From positions 53,625-117,624 of IMG/VR virus record IMGVR_UViG_3300036884_000495: a stretch of DNA of 64,000 bases; one strand, written 5' to 3'. The position numbers and the translations under genes were made by a program. Positions 34,608 to 45,300 of the stretch are shown in pieces. Under the pieces are notes generated by a model, which was not told where the DNA came from, ran no database searches, and was given only the letters and a program-made list of their open reading frames with translations. This DNA is from a virus. Positions within the stretch are counted from its first letter, which is position 1. Each line of letters opens with the position of its first letter.

Positions 34608-36408
34608 GGGCATCCCTACCTTTTCCTACTTTCGAGACCACGACGTAGCACCGTACGCACCAAGCGACGACCTCGATGATACATGGTACGACGAGGAGGT
34701 CTGGGCGCCGCCCGGAGGACAGGCAGAAACACCCTTTGCCGAGTCACCACATCGAGAGCTAGACATAGGCGACGTACCTATCATCGACCCGTCGCAGTTC
34801 ACAGAGCGTGCCTTCAGGATGCCACTAGAAGATGGGACAGGCTATGGACCCTTCTCGTTCGAGGGCCGTAACCACCTTCAGCGCATCTACGATACGCCAG
34901 CACGACGCATTTTGCTGTGTTGCGGCAGACAAGTAGAAAAATCGACAATGCTTGGAAATCGCGCAATAGCGTACTGCGCCCTTGTCACGGCAATGCGCAT
35001 TCTGTACGTCAGTCCGTCGCAAACGCAGGCGAAGACGTTCAGCAACGACCGTATCAAGGAGCCGATAGAGACAAGCCCTATCCTGCGCCGGTTCGCCGCG
35101 GATATGATCTCGCAGAACCTCCTTGAGAAGCAGTTCGTAAACCGCTCGAAGATCACGCTTCGCTACGCCTTCCTCAATGCCGATCGAACTCGAGGAATTC
35201 CAGCGCATCAGCTATACATCGACGAGGTACAAGACATCCTTCGTGACAACATCCCTGTCATCGAACAGTGCACCTCCCACGCCCCTGACAGGTGGAAGGG
35301 CTTCGTCTACGCCGGTACCCCGAAGAGCCTAGACAACGTCATAGAGGAGTACCGCGCGAACCAAAGTACGCAGGGGGAGTGGGTGGTGCCCTGTGGCTGC
35401 GGCAACTGGAACATCCTCGGGGAAAAGAACATAGGCAAGAAGGGTCCAATCTGCGCACGCTGCGGTAAAGGTATAGACCCACAAGGCCCGCGTTGTGCCT
35501 GGGTATGGATGGTCACCCCTGATGCAGAACGCGTACGCGTCCCGTGGGAAAGCTACCGCGTCTCGCAGTTGATGGTGCCCTGGAAGATCCGCAACTGGAA
35601 CGAGGTACTTCACGACTACGAGCACTACCCGCGTGCGCAGTTCATGAACGAGTGCTTGGGTATCTCCTACGAAGTAGGCACACGTCCCATCACCCAGGCG
35701 CAGGTTCGAGCACAGTGCATAGAGTATTCGATGTCCGAACTGGATTCGCTGCAGGCGCGGTCCAATGCCGAACCCTTCTTCGCGGGTATCGACTGGGGTT
35801 CCGGCAGCAACAGCTACACGGTGCTCACGCTTGCAACGTACGTGGATAACCGCTTCCGCGTGGTGTACATGCACCGGTTTGTCGGCGAGGACACAGACCC
35901 AGACATACAGATCGCCAAGATCATCGACATCTGTAAGCGCTTCCACGTTGCGCTGATCGGCGCCGACTATGGTTATGGCTTCGGCATGAACAGCCGCCTA
36001 GTGCGCGAGTTCGGCACCAATAGAGTTCACACCTTCCAGCACATGGCGCGTATCAACAAGCGCGTAGTCTGGGACCCCAAGATGCTGCGCTGGAAGATTC
36101 ACCGCACAGAGGTGATGAGCGCCATCTTCGAGGCAATCAAGAAGGGCAAGGCGCAGTTCCCCCGCTGGGAGGAATTCCAGAAGCCCTTTGCAGAGGACTT
36201 CACCAACATCTACAGCGAGTACAACGAGAAGCTTCGTATGATCATGTACGACCACAAGGCGGGGAGTCCCGACGACTCCTTCCACTCGTTCATGTTTTGC
36301 TGGCTTGCTTCCATGATTATGATACGACGCCCGGACATCATCGCACCCTCTATCGAGATAGATGGCGTGCCCGTTTCCTCTTATAGTGGAACGACGAACC
36401 AAGGGTAG
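34606..36408 (+). CDS. terL: Terminase large subunit
   Basis: Walker A CGRQVEKST, Walker B YIDEVQD, motif III AGTPK, CGCG/CARC Zn site, RNase-H-fold nuclease GIDWG...ADYG...PDDSFHS. Confidence 0.9.
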   Translation: MGIPTFSYFRDHDVAPYAPSDDLDDTWYDEEVWAPPGGQAETPFAESPHRELDIGDVPIIDPSQFTERAFRMPLEDGTGYGPFSFEGRNHLQRIYDTPARRILLCCGRQVEKSTMLGNRAIAYCALVTAMRILYVSPSQTQAKTFSNDRIKEPIETSPILRRFAADMISQNLLEKQFVNRSKITLRYAFLNADRTRGIPAHQLYIDEVQDILRDNIPVIEQCTSHAPDRWKGFVYAGTPKSLDNVIEEYRANQSTQGEWVVPCGCGNWNILGEKNIGKKGPICARCGKGIDPQGPRCAWVWMVTPDAERVRVPWESYRVSQLMVPWKIRNWNEVLHDYEHYPRAQFMNECLGISYEVGTRPITQAQVRAQCIEYSMSELDSLQARSNAEPFFAGIDWGSGSNSYTVLTLATYVDNRFRVVYMHRFVGEDTDPDIQIAKIIDICKRFHVALIGADYGYGFGMNSRLVREFGTNRVHTFQHMARINKRVVWDPKMLRWKIHRTEVMSAIFEAIKKGKAQFPRWEEFQKPFAEDFTNIYSEYNEKLRMIMYDHKAGSPDDSFHSFMFCWLASMIMIRRPDIIAPSIEIDGVPVSSYSGTTNQG

Positions 36409-36413
36409 AGCAG

Positions 36414-37115
36414 CTAGCGCACATGACTATTGATCTTTCGAATGACATCGGTCGCCGCCTCCGGGATAACCCGCTGCGCGTACTCTTCGCCGCGGCTCTG
36501 CGTGATGTAGAAGAATGCGGTCTGGCGCAAGGCACGCCGCGCAGCTGCCAACTCCACGTAGGCGTCTTTGATGTCCTGATCGTGGAGGCGGAGTCCGCAG
36601 TTCTTGTACATCTCTTCCGCGAGGGTCAGGAAGGGAGCCCATGGCTCGGGGTTATCGGTGTAGAGTTCCACCAGATGGAGCGTCTCTTCCTGCACGCCGA
36701 AAAAGAGGGCGCACCAATCGAGAACAGCGAGAACTTCGGTGGGTGGTTTCTTCGCCGCGTAGCAGGCGCGTTCAACCAACGCTACGATTTCCGCTTCGTC
36801 GTTGCTGATGACGGGGGGCCGCAGAAGCAACACCCGCTCCAGGCGATCAAGACGGCGCTCAAGGCCTGCGCGGATGTATCGTTCGGCGAGCAGCGCCCTG
36901 TGCAACTGAGGAACCGTGACCGGCTCTTCGCGTGACTTCGCGAATGCGTGGACTTCGGCGGCGTATAGCCTCGAGTGAAAACCACGGTCAGCAACACGGC
37001 ATAGTGTCCCAGCGCGCATCCATTGCTGTATGCGACGGCAGGTAGTCCCTAGAATCTTAGCGGCTTCTGCTACTGTGATGAGCGCACCGTTCGTTCCTAT
37101 GTTTTCTGCGGGCAT
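36414..37115 (-). CDS. Helix-turn-helix (excisionase/MerR-like) DNA-binding protein
   Basis: ITVAEAAKILGTTCRRIQQWMRAGTL followed by a coiled coil; AGGA upstream of ATG 37115. Confidence 0.75.
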   Translation of the reverse strand: MPAENIGTNGALITVAEAAKILGTTCRRIQQWMRAGTLCRVADRGFHSRLYAAEVHAFAKSREEPVTVPQLHRALLAERYIRAGLERRLDRLERVLLLRPPVISNDEAEIVALVERACYAAKKPPTEVLAVLDWCALFFGVQEETLHLVELYTDNPEPWAPFLTLAEEMYKNCGLRLHDQDIKDAYVELAAARRALRQTAFFYITQSRGEEYAQRVIPEAATDVIRKINSHVR

Positions 37116-37136
37116 GATATTCCTATTGTATAAGCC

Positions 37137-38108
37137 ATGAGCGAGTACGACCTCCCAGCACAAACGTTTTTACAGCAGTCATCCGCTCGCGCCGTCAGCG
37201 GCGAGGAGCTTGAAACGTTCGGTAAACACGCTGCCGACTTGTACGGAGCGGGCACTAGCCCCACGCTCAATGAGGCGGTTGTAGAAACCATCAAGAGCGC
37301 AGGCCTCGCGCCCGAACAAGTTCGTCGCGTTGTGGAGTTTGCTAACACCCACGCGTTCATAACAGAGTTCAAGAAGGAGGGCACGGCGAACAAGTACGTT
37401 GTGTTCGACGGCGGCCCTGCAGAAGTCAACTCCGTCCTCCAAGACCTCAATGACGGCGGTGGCGGAACGGTCTTCGACCGCGGCACGCTGGACTACTCCC
37501 ATACACCGAAGGTGAAGACGGCCTCTGTAGGGGGCATGAACAAGACAGCCTCTGCGCATAACGCGGCGGACGATGTGCTCGCACAAGCCTTCGCAGTCGA
37601 CCAGCAGGCTTCGCCCCTCCCCTTCGCCAACCCGCTCGGCGACGTGCAGGACATGCGCGACAAGCTTGCAGGCGTGCGCGATGCGCTGACCTCTGAGATC
37701 GGTGCGCTCGAAGTGGACTTGCTCTCCGTGTCCGAGGACATGTACCAGCAGGTGAAGCAGGCTGCTCTTGGGGGTACGTCTCTCGGGTCCATCCTGCAGG
37801 CGTGGCACCAAGCAATGGAGCCCGCTCCCGAGTTGGTGAAAGCTGCCTTCGCTTTTCTTAGCCCTCGATTGCAGCACGATGTCTTCCACTCTTGGGATGC
37901 GCTCGGCGCTTCTATCGAGAAGACAGCCGGCGTGAACTTGATGGTCAACGATAAGCACCCACTCATCGTCTCCTTTGACGTGTACAGCGACATGGTGACG
38001 AAGCTCGCACACTTGCGTGCCTCGCAACAGGAAGCGCTGGAAGGAATCGAGCAACTCCTTACCTTCGAACGCGACGTTCAGAAGCATTACGGCGAGGCAG
38101 TCCGATGA
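37137..38108 (+). CDS. Putative prohead core protein rich in KxA motifs (323 aa)
   Basis: 9 of 15 Lys counted by eye are K-x-A; first gene of the head operon. Confidence 0.7.
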   Translation: MSEYDLPAQTFLQQSSARAVSGEELETFGKHAADLYGAGTSPTLNEAVVETIKSAGLAPEQVRRVVEFANTHAFITEFKKEGTANKYVVFDGGPAEVNSVLQDLNDGGGGTVFDRGTLDYSHTPKVKTASVGGMNKTASAHNAADDVLAQAFAVDQQASPLPFANPLGDVQDMRDKLAGVRDALTSEIGALEVDLLSVSEDMYQQVKQAALGGTSLGSILQAWHQAMEPAPELVKAAFAFLSPRLQHDVFHSWDALGASIEKTAGVNLMVNDKHPLIVSFDVYSDMVTKLAHLRASQQEALEGIEQLLTFERDVQKHYGEAVR

Positions 38109-38647
38109 ATCCAATCGATGCGTACTTGATGACGAAGCAGGCAGACGAGGGTGGTTGGAAAGCCGGCCTTCGCAATGCTGCCCTCACTACCGGCGCAGGC
38201 CTGGCTCTTATCGGAGCCCCCGTGGCGGCGCACGCAATCTACAACGCCGCTGCCAAGTCCTCGCGCTTCAACAACATGATGGCGCAGAACGAGGACCTGC
38301 AGGCCTTGCATGACCAGGACCCGAAGAAGTTCCAGTCGATGTACACCTCCCTGCACAACGTGGCCCCCGACTATGCGGCCGACCCGTACATCGCTGGCGC
38401 GCACATGCGCAAGATGGTGGCCTCGCCCAATACTGCGGGCTTGATGCTTGCAGAGGCGCGCGCTGGTGCCATGAAGCAGCCAGAACAAAACGCCCTTGTG
38501 AAGGCAATGCAAGGCATGGCGCCTGGTGTGGCAAAGGGCTTTGTGGACACAGCGATGCACACGCCCGACCCGCCCGACCCGCAGGCAGCGGCGGAAGACA
38601 AGTTGCGGGGACTTAAACCGCAATACGACATTAATAAGTACCAATGA
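38105..38647 (+). CDS. Putative virion internal protein with short KQA leader and hydrophobic helix
   Basis: MNPIDAYLMTKQA then AALTTGAGLALIGAPVAA; ATGA overlaps on both sides. Confidence 0.65.
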   Translation: MNPIDAYLMTKQADEGGWKAGLRNAALTTGAGLALIGAPVAAHAIYNAAAKSSRFNNMMAQNEDLQALHDQDPKKFQSMYTSLHNVAPDYAADPYIAGAHMRKMVASPNTAGLMLAEARAGAMKQPEQNALVKAMQGMAPGVAKGFVDTAMHTPDPPDPQAAAEDKLRGLKPQYDINKYQ

Positions 38648-41454
38648 TCAAGGTCAGTACCTTCCTTCGACAGAATGAGCTTGGGTATACGGCGATACCG
38701 CTCTTCGGGTCGAGGGCTTCCGACCGCGAGTTCGAGAAGACAGCGGGCGCACTCCAGCAGCCAGTAGCCACGTACATTGCGAACCTGCGGCCTAAGCAAG
38801 GCGCGCAGTACGTACTCGTGAATGCACTCGGAGCCAGCGAGTACTTCGGCTCGAACATAAATGGAGATGCATTTCCCGAGGCGGGTTTGATCCACAAGCC
38901 GCCGGGATGGACTGACAACCCTGTTGTAGATCGCGCCCTCGCAGCAGACTGGGCATACGGCTTTCCCTCGTTCTACAACGCACACCCATTTGCCCATCAC
39001 CGCAACAAGGATGCAAGCAGGGCGTACGGGGAGGTAGAACTCGCGCTCTGGAACGACCCTATGAAACGGGTCGAGCTTGTTGTGCGCGTGGACTACGACA
39101 AGTGCCTGCAGTACGGCGGCACTCCTGTCTGGGACAAGCTACAGGCTGGCCAGTTTGCCGACGTCAGCATGGGCTGTTTGCCTGCCGGTTCCTTGGTCAC
39201 AAGAGCAGACGGCACTCAATGCTCTATAGAAGACATACAACAGGGTGAGCACGTACTTACACACCTAGGGCGAAGTCAGCGTGTTGTGGATACCATGAAG
39301 TACCACCATGCCGGGAGCATCTTTCGTGTAAAGGCATACGGCTTTCGTCGGGAGCTAGTACTGACTGGGAATCACCCCCTGTGGTTGGTTAGTGGCGATC
39401 AACTGGCGTGCACGCCGGTGTCTACTTCTTCGCGCCCGTGGCGTACAAAGAAGCGCGCACCTAAGCAGCGCCACTGCACACCATTCGTAAAAGAGAATAG
39501 TAGTGGGTGTAGTAAATGCAGTACCGTGCCCGACTACACTTTCGCCTGGCGTCGGACAGATGAAGCCTGCGTAGGGGACTACTTAGCTTTTCCGGTACCT
39601 GCCGGACAGGACGACACGTTACAGTCGGTAGATCTTGCGCGCTTCTTGGGTTACTACTTGGCAGAAGGCAGCGTCGGTAACTACAATGCCCGCCCGTTAG
39701 AGCAGATTAACTTCTCACTGAACTTCAACGAGAAAGAGATAGCTGACGACATAGAGGCTATGGCGCGTCGGCTTGGGAGCACCGTGTGCTGGCACTCTGT
39801 ACGACCAGAAGCGGGGTCTCGTACAGTTAGTGTGGTCTCGAAGAAGCTCGCAACAATGTGCCTGCAGTGGTGCGGTGCGGGCGCCGTAACAAAGCAGCTG
39901 TCGAGAGAAGTACTATTTGCGCCCACCAGTACGCTGCTACCGCTTCTAGGCGCCTACCTAAACGGGGATGGCGGAACGTACGAAGGCTCCGCGTACTTCT
40001 CCACGTCATCCGAGCAGTTATCCAATCAGCTGTTTATTGCGCTTGCTCGGTGCGGCATCATTGCCTCCGTAAATAAAATAGATCACCACCCTTCTGAGAA
40101 GTCCCTCGTCCGCCACGATACTGTCGAATACCAAGTGTGGGTAGGTACGGACTTTTCGTGGATGCTGGGTCCGCACACGCTGAAGCCGGTTAGGCGCTCC
40201 TTGAAGCACCGAGGACAGCGCTTCTTCTACGTGAAAGATGGCGTGACGTATCTCATGTCCCCCATCATGGAGATCAGCGAAGACGCCTACTGTGCCGACG
40301 TGTTCAACTTCTCTGTAGAAGAAGAAGAGAGCTACGTAGCGGAGGGCCTGGCCGTACACAACTCAAAGGTCCCGTTCGATACCTCGTCCATCACACTGGA
40401 TTGGGACGCGTACAACAAGGCGAAGGCCACCTACGATCCCAAGAGACACAAGAGTCCCGGTCAGGCCATCCTCGAAGTGCACAAGAAGACACCCATCAAG
40501 GGGGTCTCCATTACTCGGGATGACTACGACGAGTACTGCCTGAAGTACATGAACCGCATCTTGCCCGACGGGCGCAAGGTGTTCGTGTACAACGACTACC
40601 CGCGCTTCTTCGACATCTCCTTTGTGTTCATTGGGGCCGACCGTACCGCGAAGGTGATGGTCTACATCGCACGGAGCGGCTCTATTGAAAGCGAGCCTAG
40701 TACAAAGGTAGCTGCGGCCCTCGGGTACACCGAGGACGTGTTCGAGAAAGCCGCCAGCGTAAAGGACGCCAAGGACAAGAGTGCGGAGATGGACAAGGAA
40801 GTCCTCCCCGTACCAGAAGCTGCCAAGGCAATCCCGCTGATGACGAAGAACGAACAAGACCTGCCGAGGGACATGCTCAATGCGCTGTCAGCGGTGCCGC
40901 TTGCCAATGCGCTCAGTACTGTGAGTGGCCTGGGCATGGTTCTACGCCCACGCGAGTTCCAGCGAATCATCCTTGTGCAATCCGGTAACGCGCCCATGGC
41001 GGACGCCCTAGAGAACAAAGGCGTCACGTTTCCGCAAGTGGGTGAGTCTGCACCATGCCCAATGTCGCCTGACTCCTTCATGCCAGCACTCGCGCGTTTG
41101 CTCATGCCGATGTTCGAACAACGAACAGCACTCGCACCCGCAGTAGAACGACGAGTGACCGTCATCTGCGCCAGTCCAGAAGAAGATGTGAAGCCCCCTT
41201 CTTCCCATAGCTCGGACCTACTCCGTAAGATCGGTGCAGCTTACAACGGGTACAGGGACAAGGTCTTGGACATCGCACCACACTGCCAGAACCTACTTCA
41301 GAAGACAGCAACCGCACGAGACTATGATCTGGTGAAGGTTGCTGCCGCTGATCCCAGCGACACGTTCACACCCCTCTCGTACTGTTACCTGCGCGACGCC
41401 TTCAAGAACGAGATCGTTTGCGAAGATATCGGGCAGGGTGCTACAACTAACTGA
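38644..41454 (+). CDS. Prohead maturation protease precursor with one intein (about 540 aa after splicing)
   Basis: NGDAF, FAHHRN (candidate catalytic His), DVSMG (candidate catalytic Ser), FFDISFVFIGAD resembling HK97/assemblin-fold proteases; upstream of scaffold and capsid genes. Confidence 0.75.
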   Translation: MIKVSTFLRQNELGYTAIPLFGSRASDREFEKTAGALQQPVATYIANLRPKQGAQYVLVNALGASEYFGSNINGDAFPEAGLIHKPPGWTDNPVVDRALAADWAYGFPSFYNAHPFAHHRNKDASRAYGEVELALWNDPMKRVELVVRVDYDKCLQYGGTPVWDKLQAGQFADVSMGCLPAGSLVTRADGTQCSIEDIQQGEHVLTHLGRSQRVVDTMKYHHAGSIFRVKAYGFRRELVLTGNHPLWLVSGDQLACTPVSTSSRPWRTKKRAPKQRHCTPFVKENSSGCSKCSTVPDYTFAWRRTDEACVGDYLAFPVPAGQDDTLQSVDLARFLGYYLAEGSVGNYNARPLEQINFSLNFNEKEIADDIEAMARRLGSTVCWHSVRPEAGSRTVSVVSKKLATMCLQWCGAGAVTKQLSREVLFAPTSTLLPLLGAYLNGDGGTYEGSAYFSTSSEQLSNQLFIALARCGIIASVNKIDHHPSEKSLVRHDTVEYQVWVGTDFSWMLGPHTLKPVRRSLKHRGQRFFYVKDGVTYLMSPIMEISEDAYCADVFNFSVEEEESYVAEGLAVHNSKVPFDTSSITLDWDAYNKAKATYDPKRHKSPGQAILEVHKKTPIKGVSITRDDYDEYCLKYMNRILPDGRKVFVYNDYPRFFDISFVFIGADRTAKVMVYIARSGSIESEPSTKVAAALGYTEDVFEKAASVKDAKDKSAEMDKEVLPVPEAAKAIPLMTKNEQDLPRDMLNALSAVPLANALSTVSGLGMVLRPREFQRIILVQSGNAPMADALENKGVTFPQVGESAPCPMSPDSFMPALARLLMPMFEQRTALAPAVERRVTVICASPEEDVKPPSSHSSDLLRKIGAAYNGYRDKVLDIAPHCQNLLQKTATARDYDLVKVAAADPSDTFTPLSYCYLRDAFKNEIVCEDIGQGATTN
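39175..40362 (+). mobile_element. Intein of prohead protease, LAGLIDADG type (396 aa)
   Basis: Begins CLPAGS, LTGNHP, LGYYLAEG, GAYLNGDG; ends AVHN followed by S. Confidence 0.93.
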
Positions 41455-41521
41455 TCGGCACACGCCAGCGTGGAGAAGGGTGCTCCCCTTCAAGGAACAC
41501 GTACTCTGACCCTCGACTCAC

Positions 41522-42313
41522 ATGGAGACCAATACAATGTCAGGAATGAATCCCACGCTCGCAGCGATGTACAACACGCACAACTACGGCAGCGCTGTTC
41601 ACCAGGAACAAGTGAAGATCGCGCACCTCGAACTCTTTGCGAAGTCGGCCGCTGCGCTGAACATCGACCTGGGCTCGCTCGACCAAGCAAGCCGCGAAGC
41701 TCTCTATGGGGAGTTCCGCAACAAGCTTGCGGAAGAGGGCGGCGAGCCCCCGGAAGCTCTCGAAGCCGAGGGTGAGGAAGAAGAAGCCGCGGGCGAGGCG
41801 GAGAAGGAAGAAGGCGAAGAGAAGGTCGAGAAGGCTGAGGAAGAAGAGAAGAAAGAAGCTCAAGCCCAATTCGCCGCCATGAAAGACTGGCAGTCGAAGG
41901 TCGCCGAAGCTGACTTCCTCGGACGCCAAATGGCCCACGCCTTCACCGACGAGCGCAACAAGATTGCGGCGGCCACCAAGGTGGGCGGCAGGACCAAGCG
42001 CGCCTCTGAAGAAGAGATCAAGAAGGACGAGGAAGAGATCAAGAAGGACGAGGAAGAGATCAAGAAGGACGAGGAGAAGAAAGAGGCTGCGGCCTTCGAC
42101 CTCCAAGCCGCTCGTCTCGCCGTCAAGACCGCGAGCGCCGGTGGCTGGAACGAGCAGCAAGCTGCTCAACGCCTCGAGGCTCTCTTCACGCTCGGACTCT
42201 TGCCCGCAATGTCCAAGACGGCGTCAGCCACGACGTACCCGCAAGCCTTGAACATCCGCGCACTCGAACTGCTCGAAGCCGCCTCGTATCCCATCGACTG
42301 GTCGAAGGTCTGA
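41522..42313 (+). CDS. Acidic scaffold-like protein with many KxA motifs
   Basis: Glu/Lys-rich tracts, follows the protease; KIAH, KSAA, KLAE, KEAQ, KVAE, KIAA, KRAS, KEAA, KTAS x2. Confidence 0.7.
   Translation: METNTMSGMNPTLAAMYNTHNYGSAVHQEQVKIAHLELFAKSAAALNIDLGSLDQASREALYGEFRNKLAEEGGEPPEALEAEGEEEEAAGEAEKEEGEEKVEKAEEEEKKEAQAQFAAMKDWQSKVAEADFLGRQMAHAFTDERNKIAAATKVGGRTKRASEEEIKKDEEEIKKDEEEIKKDEEKKEAAAFDLQAARLAVKTASAGGWNEQQAAQRLEALFTLGLLPAMSKTASATTYPQALNIRALELLEAASYPIDWSKV
42011..42073 (+). repeat. 21-bp tandem repeat, three perfect copies (EEIKKDE)
   Basis: GAAGAGATCAAGAAGGACGAG x3. Confidence 0.95.
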
Positions 42314-42320
42314 GGACAAC

Positions 42321-45300
42321 ATGGCACAGGGATTTCGTAAGCGCGCAGATGCTATCGGCTCTGGAACACCAGACGCCAGTACCGCACCTGCGCGCATGGC
42401 GCCTGTGCCCCAGCCCGCTGTGGAGAACAAGCCCGCTCCGGGACTAAAAGGACCGACCGGGCTTGGCGGGCGCACCACTTACTCGCGCGTGAACACAGGG
42501 CTACCCCCGACATCCGATATGGGTGCATCCGCGATGAAGTCTGAAGCGCCTCGAGGACTTGAATTTTTACCTAAGACTGCCGCACAGGAGATTATTATGA
42601 AGACGACCAGTGGACGACCGTCACTGCAAGACTTGGTCAAGACCGCGATGGCGGGTGCAGTGGGCCGCGTCGATGTTAGCCTCGAAGCCGCACGGCAGAT
42701 CGCCAATGGCGGTGGAGCGCCGCCTACTCAAACCAAGACGGCCAGCGTGAAGGCCGCAGCGTCGATTCCGACGGGCTCTGTGACGAAGCTTGCCTCCGCG
42801 CTCGACTACGTGGCACGCCAGATGAACCCGAAGCTTGCTGCCATTGAACTCAGTGGCGGTTCGGAGTCTGGCGTCGGCCCTGGTGAAGGCCCCGGCGCGC
42901 TCGAAGTGATGGAATCCAACGTGGGTGGCGAGAACATCGACGCCGGCGAGGGTGGCAGGGCGCGCGAACAACCGCCGCTCAATCCCGCACAACAGAAAGA
43001 TCCCACGCGTCCCTCCGACCCCGGCACCGGGATGGAGACGAACGACGCCATGGAGCACCCCGAACAACCGGTGGAGCCCATTAGCAATGAGAAGACTACG
43101 CTGACAACCGAGGGGCAGAAGGCCGCCTCGGTGCACGCAAACAACTTGATCACACTCGGTCTCGCCAAGATCGCATACGATGCGCACGGCAGGCCCCGTC
43201 TTGTGAAGACCGCCCTGGAGCTTCCGGGTACCACACGCTTCGCAGACTTCCCGAACCACCTTGACGTGCGCGGCATCGCGGAAGGTCTTGGTGGTGCGGC
43301 CGTTGGTGGTGCTGGCGGTGCGGCTCTCGGACATGCACTTGGTGGCGACCTTGCGGGCGGTGCAATCGGTGGTGGTGTCGGCGGTCTCGCCGGCGGCGCC
43401 CTCGGGCAACTTGCACTCAATCGCTACACCGGCGGACATGGGGCGGCTGTGGGTGGACTAGCGGGCGGTCTCGCGGGCGGTCTGGGTGGCGCAGGTATCG
43501 GACGCCTGGTGCGCGGGCAGCCGCAACCCAAAGAAGCTTCCTTTCGGAAGACCTCAGCACCCGTGCAGCTGCCGCTGGACACCGGGCATCTGGCATTGGA
43601 TACGCGTGGCCTTGGTGAAGGTCTTGGTGGTGCGGCCGTTGGTGGTGCTGGCGGTGCGGCTCTCGGACATGCACTTGGTGGCGACCTTGCGGGTGGTGCA
43701 ATTGGCGGTGGTGTTGGCGGTCTTGCCGGCGGCGCCCTCGGGCAACTTGCACTCAATCGCTACACCGGTGGACACGGAGCGGCCGCAGGTGGCGCGCTCG
43801 GTGGTCTCGCAGGTGGTCTCGGTGGTGCAGGTATCGGTCGCTTGGTGCGCGGACAACCGCAACCCAAAGAAGCCTCTCTTAGGAAGACGGCTGGCGCACA
43901 TAAGCAGGCGGACTTTGCGGGTACTGCGGGCAACGTCGCAAACACTGCTGGCGGTGCTGCACTGGGTACAGCCACAGGCGCGCTGAAAGGTACTGCTGTT
44001 GGGGGCCTAGCGGGCGGCCTCGGTGGTACATACTTGGGTTCGCGTATTGGCGGCAAAACCATGACAGGTAAAGTTATCGGCGGCATTGCCGGTGGCTTGC
44101 TTGGCACTGCTGCTGGCGGCGCTGTTGGTGCTGGTGTCGGCGGTGTCTCCGGCGGCCTTGCGGGGGGCCGTAAAGGTCTCATTCAGCAACAACCCAAGAT
44201 GGCATCCGTCAAACGCGCAGGGGAACACTCTGATGTGGAGACGCACTTGGGTCGTGCAGGCGGCCTTGCAGGCGGCCTTGCAGGCGGCGCGGGCGGCTGG
44301 CATGGCGGCGAACAACTGGCGAACGCAGTTGGTGTCAATAATCATAACGTAAAATCTATCGCTGCCGGTGCGGGTATGGCGGTGGGCGCGCTCGGTGGTT
44401 ACCACGCAGGCAAACATCTCGGGGGCCTTGCTGGCAAAGTCGTGGACAAGGGCATCACGGAGGGGCACAAGTCCCTCGATAAGAAAGAAGCCTCGGCGCG
44501 TATCAAGCAGGCAGCTGCTTTGATGGCGAAGATTGCTTTCGACGATGCACTACAAGATCAGGCTGCGCGCCACGCTGTGGTGCAAGGTGGCACAGGGTTG
44601 GGCGCGCTTGGTGGCGCGCTAATGGGCGGCCATCAAGGGATTGCCGAAGGCCCTGGCGGATACGCTCTGGGGGGCCTTGGCGGATACGCTCTGGGGGGCC
44701 TTGGCGGTGCCGGTATGATTGGCGGCTTGACTGGTTTGGGTGAGGGTGGTCTTGGCGGTGCAGCCCGCGGTGCAGGCGGCGCTATGGTTGGCGCAGGCCT
44801 TGGGAGCGCTACGGGTTTCTTGGGTGGTGGCGCAGTCGGCGGCGTTGCTGGTGGCCTTCTGGGTGCGGGCATCGGCGGCGTGCACGGTGCCATCACGCAG
44901 CGGTCGCTAGCGGGAGCCGGACAAGGCGCCTTAGCCGGCGCGGGTACAGGTGCTCTTCTTGGCGGTACAGCGGGCGCCAGCCTGGGTATGGGCGCCGGCA
45001 TGATGGAGGGCGCTGGAACAGGGTACGACATAGCACAACACTCGCAGCGCCTGATGGATCGCTCTGGTGCAGACCTGGATGCACGTGAAGCTGCTGAAGC
45101 GGCGAAGCAGGCGTCTGCTTACGCCCGCAACTTGGCGGCACTTGGTCTGTCGAAGCAGGCAGAAGATGCCATCAACCCCGCGCAGATTTCAGCCGGGCGT
45201 ATCACAGACATCGGACCCAACCCTCCTGACGGAGCGACAGAGAGCGGCGAGGGACAACCCTCGGAACCGAGCGACGTCACTTCGCAGAAGCGCTTGATTG

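Noticed and set aside
42011-42073. Short tandem repeats (21 bp x3, also 33 bp x2 and 24 bp x2) as a CRISPR array
   Set aside because: No spacers, lengths are multiples of three inside coding frames, and no cas genes were seen
43281-43889. Template/variable repeat pair of a diversity-generating retroelement
   Set aside because: Differences are mostly synonymous and not adenine-specific; no reverse transcriptase in the window
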